DNA of 62,916 nucleotides, the filler included, from Thraustochytrium aureum (lineage: Eukaryota), in NCBI GenBank assembly GCA_012862495.1. It is 3 parts of one record of this genome, joined end to end, with 100 filler letters (N's around TTAATTAATTAA, not from the genome) between each part and the next. Parts side by side here need not be neighbours in the genome. Positions count along the whole stretch, not along the records: positions 1 to 20,836 come from BLSG01000182.1; positions 20,937 to 46,099 come from BLSG01000182.1; 1 more part is not named here. One strand, written 5' to 3'. Of this stretch, positions 10,682 to 23,528 are shown in pieces (position 1 is the first letter of the stretch; every line of letters starts with the position of its first letter). The notes under the pieces are model-generated. The model was given only the letters and a program-made list of their open reading frames with translations, made no database searches and was not told the origin of the DNA. Both the position numbers and the translations under genes were made by a program.

Positions 10682-11264
10682 CCTTGACGCTGGACGNNNN
10701 NNNNNNNNNNNNNNNNNNNNNNNNNNNNNNNNNNNNNNNNNNNNNNNNNNNNNNNNNNNNNNNNNNNNNNNNNNNNNNNNNNNNNNNNNNNNNNNNNNNN
10801 NNNNNNNNNNNNNNNNNNNNNNNNNNNNNNNNNNNNNNNNNNNNNNNNNNNNNNNNNNNNNNNNNNNNNNNNNNNNNNNNNNNNNNNNNNNNNNNNNNNN
10901 NNNNNNNNNNNNNNNNNNNNNNNNNNNNNNNNNNNNNNNNNNNNNNNNNNNNNNNNNNNNNNNNNNNNNNNNNNNNNNNNNNNNNNNNNNNNNNNNNNNN
11001 NNNNNNNNNNNNNNNNNNNNNNNNNNNNNNNNNNNNNNNNNNNNNNNNNNNNNNNNNNNNNNNNNNNNNNNNNNNNNNNNNNNNNNNNNNNNNNNNNNNN
11101 NNNNNNNNNNNNNNNNNNNNNNNNNNNNNNNNNNNNNNNNNNNNNNNNNNNNNNNNNNNNNNNNNNNNNNNNNNNNNNNNNNNNNNNNNNNNNNNNNNNN
11201 NNNNNNNNNNNNNNNTGCCGGTGGCCAGGTACCTGTAGCAAAGCCAACGCGGTCGCAGCGCAGC

Positions 11265-14200
11265 ATGCCAACCTGGGGCTGGATCACAAGCCTCAGAGCA
11301 ACGCCCCGAGTCGGCGAGAAAGTCATAGAGCTCGCTCGGGTCTCCTTGGACCTCGGCTCAAACGGCCCCCGCGACGGTTCAGCTTGGCCGGCGAAAGAGC
11401 TGCAAGTCCGGGACGGGAGCGTCTTGCACCTCAACATCAACCAGGTCCAACAAGGTGGCGTTCTAATGCTCTCGGTGCATGATCGGCGCTGCGATCTGCG
11501 CGAGGCATCCGAAACCACCATTTTCAAAGGGCTGGCGTCGTACTGGCTGGGCGGAACAGACAGGCAGATATCGGCGCTCTGCCGCGCCGTTTGGGGTGGG
11601 CTCGTAACTGTGTCGGCATGTGCACGTATGGCAGATAACGCCGTCGGTTGGACGCTCGACTTCACCATAAACTGCGTCCAAACAGCGCTGAGACCCGGCG
11701 GCCTCCTTGCCGAGGCTCCAACGCTCTCGCCCGCGCGGAAAGAGTTTCTCATCGTCATGGAGTGGCTCTTCCCGGGGTCTGTCACGAGCAGTTTGGCCAA
11801 CTTTGCAGCTGTGCTTGAGCTCGACGCCGCCACGGCCGAGGCAACGTTTCAACCGCGCTTGGAACGCCAGCCGTTCACTGCCGCCGACCTCTTCGCAAAA
11901 CTGCGGCCAGATCCGCAGCGGCAAGAGATCTTGGCCGCTGATCTGCCCGCGCAACTAGCGGTGAATTTAAGGCCCTACCAGCGGCGAGCTGTCAGGTGGA
12001 TGCTCGAGCGCGAGCGCGCCCTCGCCTCGGGCAGCGCAGCGCTGGAGCAGGCCGCGCTGCAGCAGTTTGTCTGCGCTTATTTCGGCTCGGACGGCGAACC
12101 CTTCTACTTTTGCCCGGTCACGGCCGGGGTCGCTCCTGCTTCTAGCGTAGCCTTACAGGCGCCTGCAGTGCTCGGCGGCGTGCTCGCCGAGGAAATGGGG
12201 CTCGGCAAGACTGTGGAAGTTCTCGTAAGTGCTCCCTTGTCGCCGGCGCATCGGCGGGTTGGCCAAACGTTGCTGCATTCCGCTGACCCACCCGCGCGCG
12301 CTTGTGCAGGCATGCATTCTGGCCAACCCAGAGCGAAATGCCTCAGATCCTTGCGTGGCGGACCCAGTCTTGTCGTGGCCCATGCCCCTCAGCCCTGAAA
12401 TCGCGGACTGCACGGATATTGTGTGCTTTTGCGGAAGCACTAGAAGCGAAATGCCTGGCGGGAATGTCCAGTGCAGTGGATGCGGCTCTTGGCAGCACCG
12501 GATTTGCACATTGCATCCAGCTGCCTCAGACCCACCGGATCTCAGCCAGGGCGAAAGGAGCGAGACCAAGCCACGTGTGCCTTTCGTGTCGAGCCCGGTT
12601 CATGGAGAGCGCTGCGGCTGAGGGCGCGCCATTCACAAAGGCCACCCTCATCGTTTGCCCAACGTCGATCGCAGCCCAGTGGCAGTCGGAAATCGTAAAG
12701 CACACAGCCCTTGGGTCGGTCTCGGTGCTAATGTATGAAGGCGTTCGCGCAGCGATGGATAGGGTTACCAAGGCCCGCCAGAAGCTCGAGCGCCTTCAAG
12801 TGGCGAGGCGCAAAGACGAGGAGGCAATAAACGTGGCTGCTGCGGCGCTTCGCGACGCGTGCAAGCCCCTTTGGCCACAGTTTGTCGCCTCGCACGATAT
12901 TGTGATCGCCACCTACGACGCGCTGCGCAGTGACCTGCACCACGTGCGCACGGACCGCCGCGAGCGCGGAGAGACCCGCTTTACGTTGCGCCGAAAAAGC
13001 GATACCCCTCGCCTGCGTCGCCGCTTGGGTCTATGCATGGCGTCGTATCTGCCTCGACGAGGCGCAGGAAGTGGAGAGCTCCACAGCAGCCGCAGCGGAG
13101 ATGGCGAGAACGCTTCGGTCGAAGTACAAGTGGGCCGTTACAGGCACGCCGGTCGGGAGGCATGGACTGGCCGACCTATACGGTCTCTTGCTATTCGTCG
13201 GCGCAGCACCCCTATGCCTCCCAGGGTGGTGGACCCACGCGGTCCAAAGTCCTGCCGCGAGCCGCCTGCCCGTCGCGCGCAGGCGGCTTGAACGCACCTT
13301 TCAGGCCCTGCTGTGGCGAAACACAAAGCGCGACGTGAGGCACGAGCTTGAGCTTCCTGGGCTCACCGAGTGTGTGCATCGCATCTCGTTCACGCCGATT
13401 GAACAACTGTTTTACGACAAGCAACACGCCGAGGTGCAGCGCATCGCTCTGGATCGACGGGCTGAGGGCTCTGATCCCGCTCAGAGCCGCCTCCACGGCC
13501 ACCCCGACGACGTCGAAACCGTCCTTGGCCCACTCTTGCGGCTCCGGCAAGCGTGTTGCCACCCGCAGGTTGGTTCTTTCGGCGTCCGCGGCGCCAAGCA
13601 CTCCAGGAAACGGCAGCACCGCGTCCATCCGGGAGCCGGAGGAAGCGGCGGCGGTGGAGGCTCCGCTGCGGCAGAGCAGCGCCCGCAGCGTGGGAGCTCT
13701 GCGCAGACACCAATGACGATGTCTGAAATCCACAAGCACCTGGCGGGCAAAGCGCACGAGGAGTGCGTTGAGGCGCAGCGGCTCCTTTTGATGAACATGA
13801 ACGGCGTGGCCGCGATGCAGCTCATTCGGTCGTGTGTCGAAGAAGCGCGCAAGACCTACGTGCGGGCCTTGGACCTGATGAAGGAGCACGAGGGCCAAGT
13901 CGAGACCGACTCTCTCCAGCGCCTTCACACCCTCGAAGGCCTGCGCGCCGTTCTCGCCATGCAGCAGGGCGACCAATCCGTGCAAGACTTGCCCGTACTC
14001 CAAGACCTCCACATGGACCGAATTTCAAACCAAATCCGCGCGATCCGCGAGCACTTCCTCGCGCGCCACGAAGGCGGCGTCCTTGCGGCGGTTGAAAAAT
14101 ACCGCGAGCGGGAGCTAGTTGTGTGCGATAACGCTTCAGCGACGGTGGTGCCCGGACTACGCCGATGCGAGGATTGGTGGGTTCTCGCCATCGCGGCAAT

Positions 14201-16180
14201 TCAAGAGGCGCCGGACGGCGAGCACCGCGGTGCATTGCTCGTCGAGCGGCTCAGAATGGATCGCACTCACGGCGGCGCCGTTCAGCCCGGCTCCCGCAGC
14301 GCTGAGGCAAGTCTTGTGGCCCAGTTCGGCAACGTGAGCGGGCTGAAGCTCGTCCTTGGGCGCGAGCTCGCAAGATCGCCGAAGCGAGTGAAGAGCTCAG
14401 CCGCACGGTGGCTGTGCTCGCCAAACCGCCGTCAGAGCAAGAGATTCGCGAGTCGTCCGAGTGCTCGGCGTGCCGCTTTTACTTTGACAAGACAGGCCCA
14501 ATGTGCAGTCATTGCAAGCGCAAGCGGCCGCTGGCGCAGATGGAAAACTTGCTCTTCTCCTTTCGCAACACCAAAAAACGCTTTCGCGAAGCGGCGGGGG
14601 CTGCCGAAGACGACGCGGCCGCGCTCGATGCTGATTCGTACCAGTACCGCGACCCCAGTGAGGTGCGGCGAATACTTAAAGTCCTCAAGACGTCTCTCAA
14701 GTCGGTTGGAGGCGTGCCTTTTCTTCGCGACCTGCTCGCGGCCGCAGATGCACACGCTCACAAGTTGGACGCAATGGAAGACCAGCTTCGCGCTGCTTGG
14801 GCAGTATGGCAGAGCCGTGACCTCCAGCTCAAGGCGTGCGACGAGCTGGAGATGGCGACAATGCGAATCCAACTCGTCGCCGAGGACGCGCAAATTGGTC
14901 CTGGCGAAGAGACGTGGAAAGTGCGGCCAGGAGAAACGCTGGCCAAACTCGAGCACTACGAACTTGAAGACGCGCGATGCAGGTCTCAGCTTCGCCAGTG
15001 CCTGTCCCAGCTCAGATACCTGGACAAGATAAAGAACAGCGCCCAAGGCGACGGGCGGGCCCTGGGGTCTGCTCCAGTGGTCACGTCGACGACAAGCGCG
15101 GACGGCGGGATCGAGAATGAGGCCTGCCCGATCTGCCACGACCCCTTTGGTGACAAGTTTGCCGTTCTTTCTTGTGGGCACACCCTTTGCCTGACTTGTG
15201 TGGACAAAGTTCGACGGTTCTCGTCTCGCTGTCCGAACTGCCGCGCGCGCTTTGGCGCGGACGGCTTGCGGTATGTCACAACAGCAGCTGCAGCGTCACT
15301 GGCTGCAGGTTGCGCGGAGGGCGGCAATGTGCGAGATGGCCCCGAGAGCCAAGCCCGCGTGGCGAATTGTGACACCTCGTCGAGTTCCGCCCCATCGCCG
15401 GCGGCGCGCGGCCCGGCTGCGGGTCCCGGCCCATCAAGAGGCGCTCTAGCTAGAGGCGTCGGCGCGGGGGTTGCCTTCAAGTCTGGCCTGGGGTCCAAGC
15501 TTGACGCCGTTCTCGCCCAGGTTCTTGTGATCGAGCGCGACGACCCGAGCGCAAAGTGCATCATCTTTTCGCAGTGGGAGGACGTTCTAGCAATCCTCGA
15601 GCACGGCCTTTTGGTGAACGACATTTCGTACGTCAGGCACGTCGGCCGCGACAAGTACGACAAGCTCTCGCTTTTTAGACGCGATCCATCGCTTCGCGTT
15701 CTGCTGCTGCCGCTCAAAAGCGGCGCAAAAGGGCTCAACTTGACCGAGGCAAACCACGTCCTCTTCGTGGAGCCCATCTGCAACGCCGCCATAGAGGCGC
15801 AAGCGATCGGGCGCATCCACCGCATGGGCCAGCGGCGACGCGCCCACGTCCACCGCTTTATTGTGAGCGGAACAGTGGAGGCGCGGATCCACAGCATGTT
15901 TCGCCGCAAGCGGCTGGAGAGCGCGTTCGCAGAGGCCGGCGAGTCGGGGTTGGAGGAGCCCGCGGGCGAGCGCGGTCAGGATGTAGCCCCAGCCTTGCGT
16001 CTTGAGTCGAACGAAGGGCGCGATGGTGGGTTTGTTGCTGCTGACGGCGCTGCGGCCAGCAACGTCAGCGCTTCGGCGGGCGACGAGTCTGGCGAAGCTC
16101 GGTACGACACGGATCAAGTGCTTGCGATCGAAAAGGAGCAGCTCACTTTGGACGAGATACGAAGCCTGTTCGTTGTGTAA
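11265..16180 (+). CDS. SHPRH: SHPRH-type SNF2 helicase / PHD / RING E3 ubiquitin ligase; intron 12225-12309; frameshifts near 12560, 13000 and 14380
   Basis: LRPYQRRAVRWM, GGVLAEEMGLGKTVEVL|ACIL, PHD-like CFC...VQCSGCGSWQHRIC, ATLIVCP, WRRICLDEAQ, WAVTGTP, LRLRQACCHPQ, RING CPICHD...CGHTLCLTC...CPNCR, helicase-C IIFSQW...GLNLTEANHV...QAIGRIHRMGQ. Confidence 0.92.
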
Positions 16181-16300
16181 ACCAAATATGTATTGTACGT
16201 AGGAGGCGGCTGGCGAGCTCCGATTCCTTGCGCCTTTCCTGCGCCCGCTGCGCGGCTGCCCGTTCGGTCGCTACGCGCGCCCAGGCAAGGCTTGATTTGG

Positions 16301-17710
16301 CTATTCCGTCTGCAGAAGGTCGCGAAATGTGCTGATCAGAACCTTGAGCTCGCCAGCAACCAGCGGGTCCGTGACCTTTGACCGAACATCGCAAACGCGC
16401 ATCATGTACTCCGCAGCAGGGAGATTTGTTAACGTCCTAGCATTTGGGGCCACCTTGCGGAGGGCGACGGTGAGGATCTCAATGCACTGGCGGGAAAGCT
16501 TGGCGTCATCGCGGCGCTCCACAGCGCCGAGCAAGCTGGGAATCATGCCGGGAAAGCGGAGAAAAAGTGCGCAGACCTGCCGCGAGTTCGCGTCGCTGAT
16601 AAAGTTGTGCAAAACCCACACGGCTTCGAAGCGGATGCGCTGCGCCGGTGACGCGAGACACTCCGTGACATCCTCGACGAGGCGCGGGGCCGCGAGGAAG
16701 CGGTCAAGCTGCTCTTCTGTGCCGCAGGTCATATTGGAAAGGACCCAGAGCGCTTCCTTGGTCAGGACAACGTCCTCGCGACGGATGACGCGCGCCAGCT
16801 CGAAAAGCAGATCGCTGCTTGACTTGCTAAAGCATGCCGGCAGCTCGTCCGACGAGGACAAGTTGCCCAGGGAGCGAAGTACGGCGAGGACGAGCTTTAC
16901 ACTTCCCGCTGAAGTATGGTTTAACGAGCGAACGAGGGCCTCAACGAGGCCGGGATGGTCCCCGACAGCTCTTCGAAGCGCAGGGCTGTCCTCTGTCAGG
17001 TAGGCAATACACCACACGCTGTCGATGAGCATGTGCACCGAGTGAGGATTGCTGCACACGAATGTGCAGATTGCGGGCACCAAAGGCAAGATGCGTTCCT
17101 CTGCTGGCGGCGGCTTGCCTCGGCAGAGATTCGAGATCGCCCAGCAACACGTTTGCTGCAGTGTCGCTGATTTGCTCTCGCCGTCAGACAGCTGGCGCAC
17201 CAAGCACTCGAGCAGTCCAGGCGCGGCGATTAGTGTATCGCGGACCTTCACCGACGAGCCAGCGATGTTGCCAACGCACCAGATCGCTTGTTCAGACACG
17301 GCTCCGACGCTGTGTTTGACATGCTCGCAGATCAAGTCAAGGCCGCCGGCCTGAAGAATGAGCTCTCCGCACTCGGTCGCAGCGAGGTTGCTGAGCGTCC
17401 AGAGCGTCTCTGCGCGCAAAGAATCCCGAGCAGCTGGCTGACGCAAGATGGCCAAGAGGAGATTTACGAGCCCTGCGATTCTGATGGAGTCGACATATGT
17501 GCCTGGGTGCTGCACAAGCATCTCGCGCACAAGTTTTACAGCGGCAAGCTGTTTTTCTGGCGACGGGCTGCTGAGCATGTCACGAATCTCGTGCACTCGC
17601 ATGGGCCGGCTCGACTTTTTCAGTCTGACTTGGGAGAAGAGGTTGAGCGCAGACGCAATTGAGTCGGTGCTGAGCTGGTTGCTCAGGCGCACGACATTCG
17701 CTAGATGCAT
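16301..17710 (-). CDS. Importin-alpha-like ARM repeat protein, divergent, 5' end uncertain near gap
   Basis: Repeated WxxxN motifs: ETLWTLSNLAA, EQAIWCVGNIAG, CWAISNLCRGKPPP, DSVWCIAYLT, LRSLGNL, KEALWVLSNMTCG, EAVWVLHN. Confidence 0.85.
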   Translation of the reverse strand: MHLANVVRLSNQLSTDSIASALNLFSQVRLKKSSRPMRVHEIRDMLSSPSPEKQLAAVKLVREMLVQHPGTYVDSIRIAGLVNLLLAILRQPAARDSLRAETLWTLSNLAATECGELILQAGGLDLICEHVKHSVGAVSEQAIWCVGNIAGSSVKVRDTLIAAPGLLECLVRQLSDGESKSATLQQTCCWAISNLCRGKPPPAEERILPLVPAICTFVCSNPHSVHMLIDSVWCIAYLTEDSPALRRAVGDHPGLVEALVRSLNHTSAGSVKLVLAVLRSLGNLSSSDELPACFSKSSSDLLFELARVIRREDVVLTKEALWVLSNMTCGTEEQLDRFLAAPRLVEDVTECLASPAQRIRFEAVWVLHNFISDANSRQVCALFLRFPGMIPSLLGAVERRDDAKLSRQCIEILTVALRKVAPNARTLTNLPAAEYMMRVCDVRSKVTDPLVAGELKVLISTFRDLLQTE

Positions 17711-17993
17711 GAACGACGGTGACGGGCTTGCGCACCTTTGCGACGCCGAACGCGAATCGTTGCCGCCCGNNNNNNNNNNNNNNNNNNNNNNNNNNNNNNN
17801 NNNNNNNNNNNNNNNNNNNNNNNNNNNNNNNNNNNNNNNNNNNNNNNNNNNNNNNNNNNNNNNNNNNNNNNNNNNNNNNNNNNNNNNNNNNNNNNNNNNN
17901 NNNNNNNNNNNNNNNNNNNNNNNNNNNNNNNNNNNNNNNNNNNNNNNNNNNNNNNNNNNNNNNNNNNNNNNNNNNNNNNNNNNNNNNNNNNNN

Positions 17994-18969
17994 CGCTTCT
18001 AGCTCTGCGGAAGCTGGGGCGGGACGGCAAAGGGGCCGTGGCGCAGCGCTCATGCTGGCACTTTTCATGCTCTCGGAATTTGCACTGTATTGCCGTCGCC
18101 GCTCTCCACTCTTTGCGGCGCTCAGCTACGCGCTTGGCCGAGGCTTGGCGACGAACCTGGGATTGTATTTTAACGGCGGCGAGTGTGGCCTTGTTGGGGT
18201 CCTCTTCCCCAGGGCGCTTCGCCCGTGCACTTGACGAATCGGCGGATGCAGCAGGTGCGTCCTCGGGCTGCGCTGCATCGTGCTTACGGACAAAGTTGCT
18301 TGGAAAGGTGCCGCTTAGCCCGCTGAGTAGATCATGCCCGAACCACCACCCGTCTGCCCCCTGGTCCTTGTCTTGGACGCGGATGATCGCACTTTTTTTG
18401 AGGCGAAGATCACCTGCCTGCTGTGGCTCGTAGTCGTAGAGCACTTCAAAGTACTGTGGAGCTGACTCGGAGTGCGCGAGCCGTCCCTCGTGCGCTGTTC
18501 GACCCGTAAGCGCGAACCCTGCCTCTGCACTGCCAGATCCATGCGCTGGCGCAGCAGCGCGCTTCGTACGATTGCGAAGCGGAGAGTATTGGCCCCGACC
18601 CGCGCCGCGCGAGGGGTTCGCACGGCCGGGCCGCAAGGCACCGATGCTAGCTCTCCAATGCTGCTCTATGCGTTTGGATTCGCCAGCGAGTTTCCTGCGC
18701 AGATTGCCAACTGGCTCGTTCGCCACGTCAACACCAGTCCTCCATGACGAGGTACTCGCCGGAGCGGTCGCTTTCCAGCGCTCCTCTTCGCGAAACCTGG
18801 CGAGGCTTGCAGCGACGCGGGCCGACGCTTCCCGTTTCTTCGCAGCGCTCGCTCGCACCTCAACCACTCTTGCGTCATAGCTAGCTTTCGCGGCAGAGGC
18901 AGCCTTTCGGATGTCCACAATAAACGGGTCCACGGCTTTGGCGCGCGGCAGCTGGTCTCTGCGTGCCAT
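17994..18969 (-). CDS. SH3 domain plus IQ motif protein, 3' end in gap, start approximate
   Basis: SH3 FEVLYDYEPQQAGDLRLKKSAIIRVQDK...GWWFG...GTFPSNFV and IQ-like motifs AAVKIQSQVRR and AATAIQCKFR. Confidence 0.8.
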
Positions 18970-20259
18970 CGCTGCAGCAACCCAGCCACCGGGGTGGGCG
19001 CACCGCACGCAAAATCCTCAACGACGGCCGCGCAGTCCTTCGCACAATACCCTGCAGCTCTGCGCCGCACCGTCCTGCCCACCAATCACAGTCTCGGGCA
19101 CGCGACCTCGCGCAGAGTCCGCCGCCACATCGGCGTCTCCAACGGCTCTCCGCCGATCGAGCTCCGATCGATACCAACCTGTTCCTGCATCGATCCTGAG
19201 TCGTGCGAACACAGGTGTGCTAGCTAGCGCGTCCTGCACGATCGAGTAGGTACCGCGACCCAGCACGCACGCAGGCAGGCAGGCAGGCAGGCAGGCTGCC
19301 AGGTCTGCCTGCCTGCGATGATCATCCTTGAATCAAGTTGCCAAGAGCTGGCGTGTCCCTGCCTCCTCGCCCTCGCCCAACTCGAGCGAGGCAGGGCGCC
19401 GCCGTGATGATGAGCGCCGAGCGCCGAATGGACAAACGCGAACCGGTTTCTGCGATCCTCACCGGTCGGTAGATTAGTACCGGGGCTCAATTGGACTCTG
19501 CAGGCANNNNNNNNNNNNNNNNNNNNNNNNNNNNNNNNNNNNNNNNNNNNNNNNNNNNNNNNNNNNNNNNNNNNNNNNNNNNNNNNNNNNNNNNNNNNNN
19601 NNNNNNNNNNNNNNNNNNNNNNNNNNNNNNNNNNNNNNNNNNNNNNNNNNNNNNNNNNNNNNNNNNNNNNNNNNNNNNNNNNNNNNNNNNNNNNNNNNNN
19701 NNNNNNNNNNNNNNNNNNNNNNNNNNNNNNNNNNNNNNNNNNNNNNNNNNNNNNNNNNNNNNNNNNNNNNNNNNNNNNNNNNNNNNNNNNNNNNNNNNNN
19801 NNNNNNNNNNNNNNNNNNNNNNNNNNNCACGGCGACGTTGGCCGCTCCCTCCCTCATCATCGTCGGTTGCTCGCGGCCCGTGGCCCCGGCCAACACGCGT
19901 GTTGCTGGAACACGGTCTGCCCGTACGGGCCGTTTGACTGCGCGCCCAAGCAGGCGTTCCTGCGGTAGATGGAGAACCGGGTGGACATTTTGGCGCCTTA
20001 AGGACGCCGGGGTAATGGGGCGGTGAAGCAGCGGGAGGCGGGGGATTAAGGTGGGAGTGTGGGAACTGGAGCGGAGCGTGCGAGGATCAGCAGCAGACCC
20101 CCATCGGCGAGCGGCAGCTGAGAGGCCAGAGCAGAGGCCCGAGCAGAACAGACGCGCGCGGACGGGAGGCGCACGCGCGGGCGGTGTGCGGACCGGCCGG
20201 GCTGGCTGCCAGCGGCTGCGAACGCCCGTGTTGGCGCTGAAAACGCCGCGCTCGGCGGG

Positions 20260-20836
20260 ATGGCCGGCCGCGAGGTGGAGCTCGGGTTCGCGCAGCTGAA
20301 GCACGAGGTGAAGGTCCTGTTTGCGACGCACCGGCAGGAAGTGCTCGAGCTTATCGACAGGAATGCTGTGCAGGGGCGCAAGCCCAATGAGGGCGTGTTC
20401 ACGATCATCAGGAATAAGGTGCTCGAGTCCAAGGTGCTCGACCCCGTGCGCGAGAGCAGCGAGGAGGACGGGGAAGGGTCCTGGTACGTCGGCAAGTCGA
20501 CGCTCAGCGCCTGGCTGAAAAACACGTGCTACAACGCGTTCACGAGCATGACCAAAGCCCATGGCCCGGTGACCAGCTGGCCCGCAGACCTCGCAGACGC
20601 GCTCCGGCCCGACAACAAGGCGAGGGGGAAGACAGTGACCGCCACCTTTTCCCACAATCGCAAGCGAAAGCGACTGGCGCTTCAAGAAGGCGCCGCGAGC
20701 GTCGGCTCGGAGGACCCGGTGGAGGGCAATCCGGCGTCGCCCAACCAGGATGACGACCAGCACTCGTCCTCTGGCAGCTCGGCGGAGGGCTCCTCTGTCT
20801 CGTCAGCCACCTTCAGCTCGACGGCTCCTTCGTTCC
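20260..20836 (+). CDS. Hypothetical protein with basic NLS-like motif, truncated at segment end
   Basis: GC3-rich ORF with NRKRKRL and a Ser-rich tail. No family recognised. Confidence 0.55.
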
Positions 20837-20936
20837 NNNNNNNNNNNNNNNNNNNNNNNNNNNNNNNNNNNNNNNNNNNNTTAATTAATTAANNNNNNNN
20901 NNNNNNNNNNNNNNNNNNNNNNNNNNNNNNNNNNNN
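20837..20936. other. Artificial contig/scaffold linker
   Basis: 44 N + TTAATTAATTAA (stop codons in all six frames) + 44 N = 100 nt. Confidence 0.95.
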
Positions 20937-20959
20937 CACCGCGAGGCCGACAAACCTGC

Positions 20960-23274
20960 GTGGAGTGCGTGTGCAAGCCAAAGCGCGCGAGCAGCTGGCC
21001 GCGAGGCCGCACTTCGCGTTCAACTCACATCGGTTCATGGCATGGTGTCTCTGGCACTGCGAAAGCGACTGCGAACGACCAAGAAGACAAGCGTGGCAAC
21101 ATGGCCCATCTACCTGGGCATGCGCACCCGGTATCCGAGCAAACGGCGCCTTTGGCTCCCGATCATCGAAGCGCTGGAGCGATGCTCTCTCTGCACGATG
21201 ATCCTGGGCAACCGGACACGCCAAGCGCTCGGATGCAGGCGTCTGAGGCCAGGGGGGGGAGCGAGCAGCTTCGAATCTCTGAGTCTTCGCCTCCCCCCCA
21301 CCACGCCTCTGAACCTGTGGTGGCTGCCGCCAAATCGTCAGACTCGGCTTGCGACAGTGCTCGTGCTGCAAACCGTGCGCCGCGGAGCGTCCAGTTTCCT
21401 CTTGGGCCGCAGCAAGCGTGCTGCGGCTCGCTTCAAGTAGCGAGTAGCTGCGGGAGTGTTTCTGGCGGCCTGCAGGCCGACAGCGTTTGGCTCTCGAGCG
21501 CTTCGAAACTAGCGCCCGCCGAGCCACTGCGTCTGCCACAGGCGGCCGCCGCGTCCGTTGCAGCTTCGATCACGTCCATGACACCTGTGGCGCAAGAAAC
21601 CGTACTGCTCGATGGGCTCGACAAAGCCCTGGATGCTTTGGGCTCACGGGTGTCCCAAGACACCCGTCGCCTGGTCAAGCGACTCGAGTTTCTCCGCGCC
21701 TTGGACGCATGCGAGCGCATTGAGCGGTTTGCCGCGGCCACCGATGGCCAAAGCGAGATCCCTCTGGCTCTCATCCTGGTCGAGGACGAGAGCGCGCAAC
21801 GGGTGTCACTTGGTGCGTGCTTGGCAGTGTACCTCGCGGCGTTCCAGCTCGGGATCCTGCACCTGCAGAGCCTGACAACAGCCGTAAGGCAGCGACTCGC
21901 TTCGCTCCCGCCCTTTGTGGCGTGCGCGCGCCTTCTTGCCTACTCTGGGCCTCGGGATTCTGCCAATGCGCTCCTTGCTCACCTCTGGTCANNNNNNNNN
22001 NNNNNNNNNNNNNNNNNNNNNNNNNNNNNNNNNNNNNNNNNNNNNNNNNNNNNNNNNNNNNNNNNNNNNNNNNNNNNNNNNNNNNNNNNNNNNNNNNNNN
22101 NNNNNNNNNNNNNNNNNNNNNNNNNNNNNNNNNNNNNNNNNNNNNNNNNNNNNNNNNNNNNNNNNNNNNNNNNNNNNNNNNNNNNNNNNNNNNNNNNNNN
22201 NNNNNNNNCGTCTTTCCAGAAGCTCGGTGCGTCCCTCGGGCTTCACGTGCTTCTCTGACGCTCGTGACGACCGGTGGGAGCTGGCGATCTCGAGAGCACG
22301 CGCTCTTAGCCTCGTCTCATCCGAATTTGGCCCGCACGCTCGTCACGTACAGCCTAGCCCAGGTGCCGCTCAGCATTCGCGAAGCTGTCAACGGGATCTC
22401 CCTTGCGGCGCTGGGGAGGAGTTGCGCAGGGCTCTGCTTTTCCCAGCTGGCCGCGCTGGTACCGGACCTATTTGCGGGGCTTGCCTTTCTCGAGGAACTC
22501 GGTGCCGTGCTGGGCGACGTCTCCGCGGAAACCATCGTCGTCTGCCGCAATGGGCGAGCCAAGCTCGGTGGCGCTGCCTTGCTTGACTCGCTGACTTCGC
22601 GGGGAACGTTCAACCACTTTGATGCTCGGCGTGCTGCAATTCCAGGCGGTGTCAACATCGACTTGTGGATGACGGCGCGAGCCCTCCTCCAGGAAGTGAC
22701 TCGGAAGGGAAGCTTCGCGACGGGCGGGTTCCAGGATCTCGTGGCTTCGTTCCTGGCCAAGTGCGTTTCGATTCGCGGGATTGGTCTTGCGCCCACCGCC
22801 ACAGGGGGTCGCAGGCTGGTCGAGCTATGGCGCACGCGTGTGCCCAGTGGCGAGCGGTTTCCAAACCAGGCGTCGTGCACCGGAGCAACGTTGCTCTTGT
22901 GCGTGGTGCCTGGTCTCGGAGCCTTGCAGAGTCTGGCCGGCCAGACGGCGGCGCCGAGACGGCTGCTCTTCTCGCTCGAGCGGTGGGCTCGTGGGTACGC
23001 CAACAGGGCCAACAGGGGGCTGGTGAGGTGGACTGGGCGCGGCTTGGTTCCCTTGGCGACCTCGTCGGGGTGGACTACACGTCTCTGGCGCTGGCCATGG
23101 ACAACGAGTTTGGGGAAAGCGTTCAACTCGCGCTTTGACCTGAGCCACATTGCCGGAAGGGTTTGTGGCTCGCGGCTGAGAGCGAGTGCGGCGCGGTTCC
23201 CGGAACCGCGGTTCGACCGCCGATGGCGCGGGCTCTCCTTCGAGCCTGATCGCGCGCAAACTGCGGCAAACTAG
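20960..23274 (+). CDS. Hypothetical protein spanning a gap, with a degenerate protein-kinase-like segment
   Basis: LFAGLAFLEELGAVLGDVSAETIVVCRNGRAKLG parallels kinase subdomains VIa-VII (GLxYLH..HRDLKPxNIL..KLxDFG), and a later IDLW resembles subdomain IX. Frame continuity is uncertain. Confidence 0.4.
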
Positions 23275-23528
23275 CTACTCGCTGAACGGAAAAATACAAA
23301 CCAGCCATTCTCTCCACTATTCGTCGTCGTTGGTGCTCGGCTGGAGCGCCTCACGGGTGTGGGCGATGCTCCCCGTTGCGAGCCTCGCAAAAACAACTCG
23401 CAACCAGCTGAGCCGGGCTGGCACCGACCAGCGCACCAGGGTTGGTCTGCTCTGCTCAGTTCAACCAGCGCATCCGCGCTTGCGAGGCCGAGGCGCGGCT
23501 CCTCTGCAAGAGGTGCGCGGGTGCTGCC

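Noticed and set aside
19271..19316. (GCAG)n followed by (CTGC)n as a hairpin or ncRNA
   Set aside because: This simple tetranucleotide repeat recurs in other intergenic and intronic DNA here, and there is no further structural evidence.
20881..20892. Palindromic TTAATTAATTAA as a piggyBac target or regulatory site (also 46144-46155)
   Set aside because: It is centred in exactly 44+44 N at both places, so it is an artificial six-frame stop linker.
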